28,187 bases of DNA, from the IMG/VR virus record IMGVR_UViG_3300023118_000008, positions 1 to 28,187 of that record, one strand, 5' to 3'. This document shows, in pieces, positions 7,767 to 16,947 of this stretch (within the stretch, counting starts at the first letter, position 1; every line of letters starts with the position of its first letter). The stretch comes from a virus. Taxonomy: Duplodnaviria > Heunggongvirae > Uroviricota > Caudoviricetes. A program made the translations under genes and the position numbers. Under the pieces are notes generated by a model, which saw only the letters and a list, made by a program, of their open reading frames with translations, searched no databases and was not told where the DNA came from.

Positions 7767-10598
7767 TTAATTTATATTAACTGTTTTTGGTGTTAGGGCT
7801 ATTCTTTCCTTAACTGCAAGTGCTCTTTCTTTTAGGGCTATTTCTCTTGCCTTTAAACCTAGTTCTTGCATTTTTGCAAGATTGTTATTATTATCAGATA
7901 TTGCTTTTCTGTTTACATCTTCATTTTTTATATTCAGGTTGGCAACTTGAAAATCATCTTGGTTTGCTTGGTTGTAAGCTTTTTCAATTCTATCATACCC
8001 GTCAGTATTTGAAGTTTTATCCGCCGCTCTTCCAGTTGCATCAATATACTTCTCTTCTATGTCTCCCTGAATTTTCATTGCTGTCAATTCTTTTTCATGA
8101 GCATAGTCTTTATCTATTGCTTGGGTTTGAGCATCAATCTGCTGTTGGTTTAGCTGTTGCTGTCTTTCAAATTCTAATTGGCCTTGGGCTTCTTTTTGTT
8201 TTTTCATTTCTTGCGCCGCCGATTTTAGTTCAGCCAGGACAGGATTTGTGAAAAGAGTAATCAAATCGTCCAAGTCATTAACTATTGTATTGTTATTCAT
8301 TACCACATTTCTGATAGTTTCAACTATTTTTCTGTCTTTGTTATCTGTTTCGGCAACTATCCCTAATCTTCTCAAAGGGAATATTTCGCCGTCTTCTTTC
8401 ATGATATCAAGATAATAAGTATCCCCATCAGAATTTCTATAAATGGATGATTTACGTATTCCTTTATATTCACAGAATTGCGAGAAAGCCAAATGAAAGT
8501 TTATGCCTTCTGTCTTTCCATAATTGAATTTATCAAAGTAAGGCGACATCAGAGCCATAGAGCCGTTCACTCCCTGTTTAACTCCTTCTGCCGTTGCGTA
8601 GGCTTGGGGTGCTCCTAAAATTTCAGGAGAGATTCCTAGTTTATTAAATGCTTCCTGCTTATAATTTCTTGCAAATCCCCACTTAGCGGTAATCATATCC
8701 GTAAAAGATAAGTCCTGTCTTTGGAATACATTGGGGGTATTTCCTTGGGTGTTTTGACGGCTGAGGTCTAATGGCATGAGTTTTGTTGCTCTTGCCGCAT
8801 CCCACATGCTGTTCAAAGCATCCATAGTGCTTTCCCCTCTATACTCATCGGGAATTCCCGTAACATCCAAAGCGAATATTACTCCAAGCTCATCCATTGT
8901 AAGCTCTGTAATCCCGTTCATTTGAATATTATATCCAATCTGTTCGTTTATGATATGGGGGATTACTCCTGTTGAAATAAGTCCAGAAACGGGCAAAAGA
9001 ATATCAAACAAGTTAGAATCGGAACCTTTTATTTGGAAATCTGTCGGTGATACATCAAGATATAAGTCATCTTGGATAGTAAATCCGTTTCCTTTTATTC
9101 TTACATACTTCCAAGATTCGGGCTGTGGGAAATAAGTTATTGTATTTATGTAATCCGCGAAATCTTGACTCTCAAAGGCTTTTCTGATTTCTGAGATGCT
9201 TTTAGTATTTACTTTTTTTATGTCGTTTTTCTCTAGGAAGCCTTTTAGAAGTCCTTCATCGACTATGCTTAATTCTACTTGATTATATTGGTTTTCAAAT
9301 ACTACTATAGCCATCTGTTTGTAGCTTCTCCAATAGCCTTCGTCTACTTGGATTAAATCTCTCCTAAGTTCAATGTCGTGTCTTAAATATCCTTTAGGTC
9401 TGTTGGCAGAGTATCCATATTCTTCTCTTGGTACAAAACTTCTGAACGAATGTTCCTCTCCCTCTTCATCTAAGACTGTTGTAAGTCCTGCTGGATTGCC
9501 TGTAGCGTCTTCAAGCTTTTCTAGAAATTTATGTTCAAAGTAATTATGAAAAGGAGTAACTACAGGTTGAGGAATCAATGCTTTCTTGTAATCGGTTGTC
9601 ATAAATTCTGCCGAGTAGCTTCCAAAACCATAATTTTTATAATTCTTTTCACTTCCCCAGTATTCAGAGATATCTTTAATCATCTTAGGAGACATTATAT
9701 GCCCATAAGTATTGATTATTGAAGATACTGACATATGTTTTCTTCTTCCTATGAATTCTTCTTTTTGAGGGAGCTTGGTGTCAACTTCTGCTGAAAAGTA
9801 TGTTTCCTCAGGCGACCATCTTTCTATGTCGTAGGTATCAAATTTTATTTTGTAGTGTCTGAAATATCTTCCTGATAATAACATATCCATAAACTGTTCC
9901 TTATCCAGTTCTGTGAAGTTGAAATCTTTTTTATCATCTGTCAGCTTGTTTTGCGCCCACTCGACTGCTAAGACTTTAAACCCTTTTGCCACAAATTTTT
10001 CAATTTCTTCGGGCGTAAGGGACTTTACTTCTTGGTCTACGTATTCTTGGTATTGAGCCTGCTCTTCTTCTGATTGAAAATCTGTCTTGTTTACATCAAC
10101 TCCTTTTAAGAGAAGCATTCTTTCCAATTCTTCAGCGAAAAGCAATTCTGCATTTTTTCTGATCTGCTCGTTCTTGAATCTTAGAAATTCATTTGTGGCA
10201 TATTCATCCACGCTCTCAATTCTATACTTGTCATCAAGTTCTTGAAATACTGACACAAAGGCATTTAATATAATAGCCGTGAAGTCATAATGTCTCACCC
10301 ATTCGGGCGCACCGCTTTTGCTTGAGGCATCATCTCCAAATAAATCGTAATCATCTTGGAACTCTCTTATGAAGTCTGTAGCCATTCCTGAATACTCCCC
10401 ATCTTTCATTTTCCTATACTCTGCAAATTTTCTATTTCTTGCAAGCATTCTGTTCCCATAATTACAAATAGAATCTACAGTTGCTTTTTTCCAATCTGTG
10501 GTCTTTTTGCTTTTTGGGAGATACTGTATAGGAATTTCATTCCCTATTCCGCCATCTATTATGTTGAAATTGGCTAACTCGCCTTCAAATTTTGCCAT
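7767..10598 (-). CDS. portal protein
   Basis: 943 aa directly downstream of terL; HYDFTAIILNAFV helix and long C-terminal Gln-rich coiled coil as in crAss-like portals. Confidence 0.85.
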   Translation of the reverse strand: MAKFEGELANFNIIDGGIGNEIPIQYLPKSKKTTDWKKATVDSICNYGNRMLARNRKFAEYRKMKDGEYSGMATDFIREFQDDYDLFGDDASSKSGAPEWVRHYDFTAIILNAFVSVFQELDDKYRIESVDEYATNEFLRFKNEQIRKNAELLFAEELERMLLLKGVDVNKTDFQSEEEQAQYQEYVDQEVKSLTPEEIEKFVAKGFKVLAVEWAQNKLTDDKKDFNFTELDKEQFMDMLLSGRYFRHYKIKFDTYDIERWSPEETYFSAEVDTKLPQKEEFIGRRKHMSVSSIINTYGHIMSPKMIKDISEYWGSEKNYKNYGFGSYSAEFMTTDYKKALIPQPVVTPFHNYFEHKFLEKLEDATGNPAGLTTVLDEEGEEHSFRSFVPREEYGYSANRPKGYLRHDIELRRDLIQVDEGYWRSYKQMAIVVFENQYNQVELSIVDEGLLKGFLEKNDIKKVNTKSISEIRKAFESQDFADYINTITYFPQPESWKYVRIKGNGFTIQDDLYLDVSPTDFQIKGSDSNLFDILLPVSGLISTGVIPHIINEQIGYNIQMNGITELTMDELGVIFALDVTGIPDEYRGESTMDALNSMWDAARATKLMPLDLSRQNTQGNTPNVFQRQDLSFTDMITAKWGFARNYKQEAFNKLGISPEILGAPQAYATAEGVKQGVNGSMALMSPYFDKFNYGKTEGINFHLAFSQFCEYKGIRKSSIYRNSDGDTYYLDIMKEDGEIFPLRRLGIVAETDNKDRKIVETIRNVVMNNNTIVNDLDDLITLFTNPVLAELKSAAQEMKKQKEAQGQLEFERQQQLNQQQIDAQTQAIDKDYAHEKELTAMKIQGDIEEKYIDATGRAADKTSNTDGYDRIEKAYNQANQDDFQVANLNIKNEDVNRKAISDNNNNLAKMQELGLKAREIALKERALAVKERIALTPKTVNIN

Positions 10599-10617
10599 AC
10601 TATGTATAAAATATCTG

Positions 10618-10649
10618 CAAATTTAAGGCTTTAGTGTCAGACTACCAAA
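10618..10649 (-). promoter_or_regulatory. Bacteroidota sigma70 promoter for portal
   Basis: Minus strand TTTG (10649-10646)-N20-TAAATTTG (10625-10618). Confidence 0.8.
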
Positions 10650-10669
10650 AGTGTAAATTTTATATTAAC

Positions 10670-13600
10670 CTAGCGTCTTGAACGATAAGTTGGTTTCAGA
10701 TTTTTTTGGTAGAAAGATTTGGTTCTCTGTATTTCTTTTCTAGCTTCTTCTTTTCTTCCTTTATATCTGTCAAACGATTTCGATGGAACCCAATGCAAAG
10801 CTTTGATTAAATATTCTAAATAAGCATACCCCCCCATAGCTCCTATTATTCTATCCACGTTGGCATTTTCTTGATAAGATATAATTTCATCCAAAAGGTA
10901 TATATCATCTATTCTTTGAACTCCTTTCAATTCTACAATTTTTATTTGCCCTGTTTCCTTGTCTTCTACTTCTATATCAAAAGTTTCATTACAGTATTCT
11001 ACAAAAAAGTCAAATATAAATCTTTTCACTGCCCTAGGAGTCCATCCAAATTTACGCTTTTCATTATTAGGTCTATTAAAACTTGAAGTAAAGTCTAAGC
11101 TGTTTGCTAAATATTTTTCTGTAAGTTGCCTAGTATCTAAAAAATCTTTAATTTTGAAATCTTCGTTTTCCCCAAAACACGTTGTTTCAAGTTGATAAGC
11201 CTCCATTAATAGCAACCACTTTTCCCAAACTGTTTTATGCTTTTCTGGGCGTATAGAAAGAGATGCTACTATCTTTTTAGAGAAAGGGTCTCCTAAAATT
11301 TCATTCTTCCAAACATAAAATGTGGCAACAGAGTCGGTGTCTGAGTCCTCTTGTTTGTAATCATCAAACCCAGCCGTATATGTACCTATTGGTACTCTTC
11401 CCTCAGGCGGATTTTCAAATATCATAAATGGGGCATCCATCACTCCTTTATAAGGGTATTCAATTAAGGGACGTTGTGAAAGCTCAACTTGTATTTTTCC
11501 GTTTGAATCTTTGTACATTTCTCTCCTTCTATCCCACAAACCCGATTCCCATAAATACTTTCTATGAGCTTTTGCTTCTGCTACAGGGAAAGGATTAACC
11601 TTGCCCGAAAGAAATATTTCAGAAGGATCTATTGGATGATAAGCAAGGAGTTTTACATAAGCTTTTTTATCACTAACCTTATTGTCTCTTTCTATATTTA
11701 TATTCTCAAGTGTTTTTTTCCAATCTGTAACACCTATCATTAGTCTTGAAAGATTGGGACATTCTTCGGCTTTTAATCCTAAGTAGTCACTCATAGACAT
11801 GACGTTCTTTTTACCAAATCTAATTGACATCTGACCTGGTAAAAATAGTCCAAAAGGCCTTTCAGTCCAAGTTTTATGTTCATTAGGGACTCCTCTGTTC
11901 AAATCGTCCCAATTCATCAAGATAACTTTATTTGCTTCAGGATTGCTTAACATTTTTATACCATCTGATGCTAATTCGTCATCGCCTCCTGTATTGAAAG
12001 TACAAAAGTTGTTTGCTAAATAGGTATGGGTATTTCCTGCTGTTAGATTATAAACTTCTTTCTTTCCTATGTACTCAACACTTTTTATGGCTCTCATTGA
12101 TAAGTTATTTAATGACTTACCTTCAAAATAACTCCCTTTCCCTTCTTTATTTAATATGAACTCAAATCCACTTGCACTTTTACGTGTCTTTGTCTTTTCA
12201 TCTAATTTTAATATTTTATCTAAACAGACCTGCTTGTGTTTGCACAATAAAGTTATATTTTCTCTAAATTTTAAAACATCGCTTCTTCTCCCAATATATA
12301 ATCTGTAGATATTTTTATTGGGAACATAACCTCCTTTTCTAAATTCTTTTACAATACTTGAATGTATTCCTAATTTATAAAGCTGATATTTAACCTCCTC
12401 TAACAGTTCTCTAAAATAACAAGTCAAAGTTACAGTTATACAATTTTTGTTTTTATCATATTTCACACTACCATCGGCATCATAATATCCAGCTAAAAGT
12501 TCACATACTGATTTTTTGTCATATTCGTGAATATTTTTAGGAAGTGTTTTAGAAGTTTTACTTTTCAATAACCCAGCCTCCCTAAAAGTAGGTAACATTC
12601 CTCTTATTCCAACATCTCGATAAATACCTCCATTTTTCATTTCAAATGTTCGGCCATCTTTTGTATCATAGTTGGTTTTTATGAATTCATATATTTCTTC
12701 GTCACCGCAGGATAATCTAAGTCCAGAATTACTTGCATTACCATCTCCAATCATTAATCCAAAAAGTCTTGCGTTGATTTCTTGTTTTTTACCCCAGATA
12801 TCTAATTTATCTAGCATGTAAAGTTTATCGCCCTTTTTTAAATCTAAGGCTTTTTTTGCTGTTATTTTTTTGCTCCGCTTCTCACTATTTAAAGGTGTTA
12901 AAAAAGAATGGTCAATACTGCATTCAATACTGTCCCCGCCTTCTGTTGTGATTTTTACACACTCTTTTTTTTCAGGAGGCTTCATCCAAGTTATAAGTTC
13001 TTTACTATATCCTTTTTCATTAAACCCTATAATCCCATCCTCTTGTTTTAAGTCTTCTATATTTATTAAATTACCTTGATTATTCCAAACTTTTGTTCCT
13101 ACACATACACAGGCTGTCAGTAGCGGTGTTGCTCTCATTACACCCTCTCCAAACAAGGCTGGTTCCAATCCTTGTAGTTGATTCATAAAAGGAAATTTGA
13201 AAGCCTCGTCTAATATAAACTCATCAATGGTAAATCCTGCCAAGGATTCACCTTTCTTTTTATTAGTTCCACCATCAAGATTCTTTACATACAAGGCGGC
13301 ATGTCTTTTACGTTTATTATCTTTAGTTCTGATACCAAATTCTTCTCCTTTACCTTCTTTAGTTTCTCCTAAAGAATCCAAGGTGAACGCTGGTTCACAA
13401 TTATCCATGTTAACTTTACAGTTGTCCATAATCTGACCTAAATCCGAAGAAGATCCTCCTGCTAATAAAATACCCATCCTGCCCAGAACTTTGGCTCTCT
13501 CAACACGAGACGCATTTAAAGTTGTCTTAGCGGCACGTCTTGTCGCAGCGATAAGTGCATATCCCTGTTCTCGACTAGCTTTAATAAAATATTCAGACAT

Positions 13601-14494
13601 AATCCACTCATTGTCCCTCAAAGGCGGTCTGTCTGTCACATCCTTGGATTTTGGATGACCGTTAACCATAACTGTTATGGGGTACTTAACTCTAAAATGA
13701 TTTATATGGTAATAAATCCAACCGTCAAAATATACTCCATCGATATCAACCCCGTCTTCAATTTTTTTAAGCTCGTCTACGTAATATTGTATTGTCTCTT
13801 TTTCCTGCTCCCAAAAATGCTTATCAGGATTCCATATAGGGGAGTTTTCATTTAATATGTGTAGATTTTTTGGCGCGGGAGAATCAAAATCTATTTTCAT
13901 TAATTTCATCTTCTCCCTAACAGCAGGAAAATCCCTAACAACCTCTTTATAGACTGCTAGGGACGCTTTCTTGTTATCAAAGAACTCAATATAGTCTGAA
14001 CCTTTATCTTCCTCTTCTACGAAGCCGTAGGAGCTTAAAATTTGGTCTACTTTTGAATACTCAGCAAATACTTCTGAATTGAACTTGGCTTCCTTACTTC
14101 TTAGGTCGTGGATTTTAATGTCAGTCTCGTCTATTTCTAAAGAGTACTTGTCACACCTTTTTAAGTGGATGTTTATTATGTTAGTGGCAAGCTTGAAGAA
14201 AGACTTAAATTTTGGATTTTTATAATCTCCTTTTGACTTGTCTATAAAAAACTTAAGTCGGTCTAGTATTTTTTTAACTAAGCCGACTTGCACTCTAAAT
14301 TCGTTATCTTTTTGGTAGAACTCATTCTCATAGTTTGATGTCTTTCCAAACATAACTATGTCTTTTTCTTCTATAAATAAAAGCTGTACATCCCTGCTCC
14401 AATCAAAATCTTCTAAATGCTGTTTCCATTTCTTGAAGCGGGGACTGTTTCTTTTTATGAACTCATCTATCTGTTCGTTGCTATTGTTTTCCAT
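10670..14494 (-). CDS. terL: terminase large subunit containing an intein
   Basis: ATPase motifs (ATRRAAKTT Walker A-like, FILDEA Walker B), RNase H-like nuclease motifs (YTAGFDDYKQ..SDTDSV, NVDRI); adjacent to portal. Confidence 0.92.
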   Translation of the reverse strand: MENNSNEQIDEFIKRNSPRFKKWKQHLEDFDWSRDVQLLFIEEKDIVMFGKTSNYENEFYQKDNEFRVQVGLVKKILDRLKFFIDKSKGDYKNPKFKSFFKLATNIINIHLKRCDKYSLEIDETDIKIHDLRSKEAKFNSEVFAEYSKVDQILSSYGFVEEEDKGSDYIEFFDNKKASLAVYKEVVRDFPAVREKMKLMKIDFDSPAPKNLHILNENSPIWNPDKHFWEQEKETIQYYVDELKKIEDGVDIDGVYFDGWIYYHINHFRVKYPITVMVNGHPKSKDVTDRPPLRDNEWIMSEYFIKASREQGYALIAATRRAAKTTLNASRVERAKVLGRMGILLAGGSSSDLGQIMDNCKVNMDNCEPAFTLDSLGETKEGKGEEFGIRTKDNKRKRHAALYVKNLDGGTNKKKGESLAGFTIDEFILDEAFKFPFMNQLQGLEPALFGEGVMRATPLLTACVCVGTKVWNNQGNLINIEDLKQEDGIIGFNEKGYSKELITWMKPPEKKECVKITTEGGDSIECSIDHSFLTPLNSEKRSKKITAKKALDLKKGDKLYMLDKLDIWGKKQEINARLFGLMIGDGNASNSGLRLSCGDEEIYEFIKTNYDTKDGRTFEMKNGGIYRDVGIRGMLPTFREAGLLKSKTSKTLPKNIHEYDKKSVCELLAGYYDADGSVKYDKNKNCITVTLTCYFRELLEEVKYQLYKLGIHSSIVKEFRKGGYVPNKNIYRLYIGRRSDVLKFRENITLLCKHKQVCLDKILKLDEKTKTRKSASGFEFILNKEGKGSYFEGKSLNNLSMRAIKSVEYIGKKEVYNLTAGNTHTYLANNFCTFNTGGDDELASDGIKMLSNPEANKVILMNWDDLNRGVPNEHKTWTERPFGLFLPGQMSIRFGKKNVMSMSDYLGLKAEECPNLSRLMIGVTDWKKTLENINIERDNKVSDKKAYVKLLAYHPIDPSEIFLSGKVNPFPVAEAKAHRKYLWESGLWDRRREMYKDSNGKIQVELSQRPLIEYPYKGVMDAPFMIFENPPEGRVPIGTYTAGFDDYKQEDSDTDSVATFYVWKNEILGDPFSKKIVASLSIRPEKHKTVWEKWLLLMEAYQLETTCFGENEDFKIKDFLDTRQLTEKYLANSLDFTSSFNRPNNEKRKFGWTPRAVKRFIFDFFVEYCNETFDIEVEDKETGQIKIVELKGVQRIDDIYLLDEIISYQENANVDRIIGAMGGYAYLEYLIKALHWVPSKSFDRYKGRKEEARKEIQRTKSFYQKNLKPTYRSRR
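11993..13111 (-). mobile_element. intein (373 aa) with LAGLIDADG homing endonuclease
   Basis: Starts CVCVGTKVW after LLTA; ends VYNLTAGNTHTYLANNFCTFN before +1 Thr (TGG); LAGLIDADG motifs LFGLMIGDG and LLAGYYDADG; block B ECSIDHSF. Confidence 0.92.
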
Positions 14495-14900
14495 TCAGCA
14501 TTCTTTGGATGTTTGCGTAAAATGCGTCTTCCATTAACTTATGAATTTCTTCATTTACTTTTTGCAGTTTTTGGTCTTTGAATAGGTAGTAGGTTTTTGC
14601 AGGAGATATTTTTTCCATATCTTCTTTTACTTCTTGCGGGAATTCCGTTTCATTCTCTAAGATTCTATAAAGTTCTACCAAACTGCTTGACAACACAGTT
14701 ATGTCATTTATGTGTTTTGCTGGCTCTCCTTGTAATTGGAAAAATTCCTCCACCTGTTCTTTTGTTTCAAGGTTTGGAACTCTTTTTGTGAAATCTTTCT
14801 GTTTCTCAACCAGGTCTGCGTTATTATCTTCAATGAATTTTTTATATTCTTTCCAAGATTTATATTTCTCTTCAAATTTTGTTTTTAGTGTTTCTAACAT
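14481..14900 (-). CDS. hypothetical helical protein upstream of terL
   Basis: 139 aa; overlaps the terL start by 14 nt. Confidence 0.75.
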   Translation of the reverse strand: MLETLKTKFEEKYKSWKEYKKFIEDNNADLVEKQKDFTKRVPNLETKEQVEEFFQLQGEPAKHINDITVLSSSLVELYRILENETEFPQEVKEDMEKISPAKTYYLFKDQKLQKVNEEIHKLMEDAFYANIQRMLNGKQ

Positions 14901-14902
14901 AT

Positions 14903-15166
14903 TTACGCTTCTTGAAATTTACCGTTTCTCCATTGTTCCCACTCTTCATCTGTACATTGTTCATCTTTAGAATCTCCATATTTTAGAAATTTTTCCGCCG
15001 AAGCATAGAGCTTTTCATCTGACATATCAAAAAAATGAGCTCCTTTAAAATTGCTTTTGTGCAAGATTGAATAAAATACATGTGCTGTTGGTACTTCAGG
15101 GTACTTTGAGAATATTTCTCCTAGAACTGTATGGAAGTTCCCTTTAAAATTTATTTCGTTTTCCAT
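14903..15166 (-). CDS. hypothetical protein
   Basis: 87 aa; tightly packed in the operon. Confidence 0.7.
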   Translation of the reverse strand: MENEINFKGNFHTVLGEIFSKYPEVPTAHVFYSILHKSNFKGAHFFDMSDEKLYASAEKFLKYGDSKDEQCTDEEWEQWRNGKFQEA

Positions 15167-15474
15167 TATAATATTGTTCCTCTTAGTGTTATTTCTCCTA
15201 TTACTTTTTTGTCCGCCATAATCTTCAAGACTTTTGAAAAGCTGTTGAGTCTTTTAGAATCATAAGCTAAAGAAACATCGTATCCATAATCTGTTTTTGT
15301 TTTGTCTATTGTTGTACAAGGACAAGTTGCTATTATGTTTATTATCTCTTTTGTTTCTATTTTCAAGTCAGTTTTTAAATCGCTGTTTCTTTGCCTGTAG
15401 CCGTAATTTAAAATATGGTTTTTACCGTCTTTTGTGAATTCGACTATGTCTTTGTTGATTAGTTCTATATTCAT
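15166..15474 (-). CDS. DUF1573-like Ig-fold protein
   Basis: I.ATCPCT, V.L.YDS....FSK.L.I and ITLRGTI resemble the Bacteroidota DUF1573 pattern (SCGCT...YD...F.K.I.V...L.I.G.V). Confidence 0.55.
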   Translation of the reverse strand: MNIELINKDIVEFTKDGKNHILNYGYRQRNSDLKTDLKIETKEIINIIATCPCTTIDKTKTDYGYDVSLAYDSKRLNSFSKVLKIMADKKVIGEITLRGTIL

Positions 15475-15475
15475 A

Positions 15476-15778
15476 TTAAAAATTTACAGTTCCTATACTT
15501 GGCATGTAGCCTTTTTTAATGTTTTGTGGTACTATCGGTTCAAGACTAAGTTGGTTAAGCTGTTTCTTATACTCTAATGAGAAATAGTTATAAACTTCAT
15601 TTTTAGAATCTTCTATAATATCCCACTCTCTTTCTATTGGATTCCAGATATTGATATCGTTCAAGTCTAATTCAATCTCTTCTCCTGTATTTACGTCCTT
15701 AAGTCTTACCATTGTTTCCATTTGTTTTCGGGGCAATTTTCCCATTCTCCTTCTCTTGCCTTGTAATATACTGAGCAA
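15476..15778 (-). CDS. hypothetical protein (true start probably 15745 or 15721)
   Basis: ORF abuts the next gene; the annotated N-terminus overlaps the upstream gene. Confidence 0.6.
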   Translation of the reverse strand: MLSILQGKRRRMGKLPRKQMETMVRLKDVNTGEEIELDLNDINIWNPIEREWDIIEDSKNEVYNYFSLEYKKQLNQLSLEPIVPQNIKKGYMPSIGTVNF

Positions 15779-16011
15779 GAATTACAAGCTGTGCAGTTGC
15801 CGAATTTGTCTTTGTGTTTTTGTCCTGTGATTAGAGAATAGAAGTTTGACATCCTTATCAAAAGTTTTTTATTTTTTGGTATCTCAGTCTCTTTCATATT
15901 TAAGCTGTTCTTGGGGCAGTTTAAACACTCTCCTATTCTCTCAGCAATCTTTTTATTGTTCTTTTGTTTTCTTATTCTTGAAAGGAGGATTCTTAAAAAA
16001 GTTTTCCACAT
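15706..16011 (-). CDS. Cys-rich putative Zn-binding protein
   Basis: ER..ECLNCP...CTACNSC..YK......CPENKW pattern. Confidence 0.65.
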   Translation of the reverse strand: MWKTFLRILLSRIRKQKNNKKIAERIGECLNCPKNSLNMKETEIPKNKKLLIRMSNFYSLITGQKHKDKFGNCTACNSCSVYYKAREGEWENCPENKWKQW

Positions 16012-16345
16012 CTTCTACTATTTCTTCTATGTTATTTTCTCGGTATTTTGAATTCATGAGATAATCTCCACGATAAGCACTTCTTTTATCAAAATACAGA
16101 TTATTCATAAAGTATTGCAAATGTTCCGCCTCGTATTCCTGCTTTTGGCCTTTTAAATAGATATCAGATATCAAATCAAATCTTCCCATCTTTATCTTCG
16201 TAAATCCTTTTCTAGCCGAGTCTTTAGCGTACTCTTTCATAACTCTCCAAATTTCCCTGACTGCCCTTTCATCTTTTTTAATGCCTGAGTTAAGGTACTT
16301 TTGGATAATCATTTCTTCTGTTATTAGGGGGTCAACTGTTTTCAT
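15953..16345 (-). CDS. hypothetical protein, possibly a divergent HU/IHF-like DNA-binding protein
   Basis: Two helices followed by KIKMGRF, loosely like the HU/IHF V.L.GFG.F turn; IHF-like genes occur near terL in crAss-like phages. Confidence 0.35.
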   Translation of the reverse strand: MKTVDPLITEEMIIQKYLNSGIKKDERAVREIWRVMKEYAKDSARKGFTKIKMGRFDLISDIYLKGQKQEYEAEHLQYFMNNLYFDKRSAYRGDYLMNSKYRENNIEEIVEDVENFFKNPPFKNKKTKEQ

Positions 16346-16712
16346 CTATGAAATTTATCAGTAAAAGCTTTCTTTCAGAATCAGTTTCGTAAAACTCCCT
16401 TAACTTGGACAATTCTTTACTTAAAGTTTTGTTCCTTTGGTTATTAGGGTCGGCTAACAAAAAGCCTTTCTTTTGGAGCTTGCAGTTTATGGCATTTACG
16501 CTAGTTATTGTAGTATCCAAAGTTTTGACTATGTGCTTTTTTGTATTTAAGGAATACCCTCTTATGAGATACTCCCTTAAAATTTCACATTCTGTTTTTG
16601 ATAAGATATAATTTTTTTGGCATTTTGAAAACATATATATCAAACAGTCCATAAATCTGAAACTGCTGCTATAATTGAAATCAAACTTAAGTGCCGAAGG
16701 ACTTTTATTCAT
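16332..16712 (-). CDS. winged helix-turn-helix DNA-binding protein (MarR-like)
   Basis: LSKTECEIL...IVKTLDTTITSVNAINCKLQKKGFL fits a wHTH. Confidence 0.6.
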   Translation of the reverse strand: MNKSPSALKFDFNYSSSFRFMDCLIYMFSKCQKNYILSKTECEILREYLIRGYSLNTKKHIVKTLDTTITSVNAINCKLQKKGFLLADPNNQRNKTLSKELSKLREFYETDSERKLLLINFIDENS

Positions 16713-16947
16713 CTTCTGTTACCTTTCCTATGACACCCAAATCAGAGTTCATAATCCAAAGACCTTCAATGCTTTCATACTTGATCTTGGCATGCTCGTT
16801 CTTTGTAAATATTAAGACATTGTCTCCTTTTTTATAAAAGGAATCCTCTCCTGCAAATAAAACTTGCACTATGGAAGATGTTCCCGCCAAAGGTTCTGAG
16901 CTTATGTTTGATACGATTAATTTTTTTCCAGGGAATTTCAAGTTCAT
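16705..16947 (-). CDS. GroES/Cpn10-like co-chaperonin
   Basis: 80 aa; M.LKFPG..LIV, V.V...G, KKGD.V.I, IK.E..E.LWIM..D..VIGKV follow the Cpn10 pattern; mobile loop short/divergent. Confidence 0.6.
   Translation of the reverse strand: MNLKFPGKKLIVSNISSEPLAGTSSIVQVLFAGEDSFYKKGDNVLIFTKNEHAKIKYESIEGLWIMNSDLGVIGKVTEDE

Noticed and set aside
120-14970. Plus-strand ORFs inside the structural arm (e.g. 120..371, 1855..2088, 7820..8251, 10871..11086, 14597..14791)
   Set aside because: Antisense shadows of long AT-rich genes; Leu/Phe/Ser-rich with no motifs or start context
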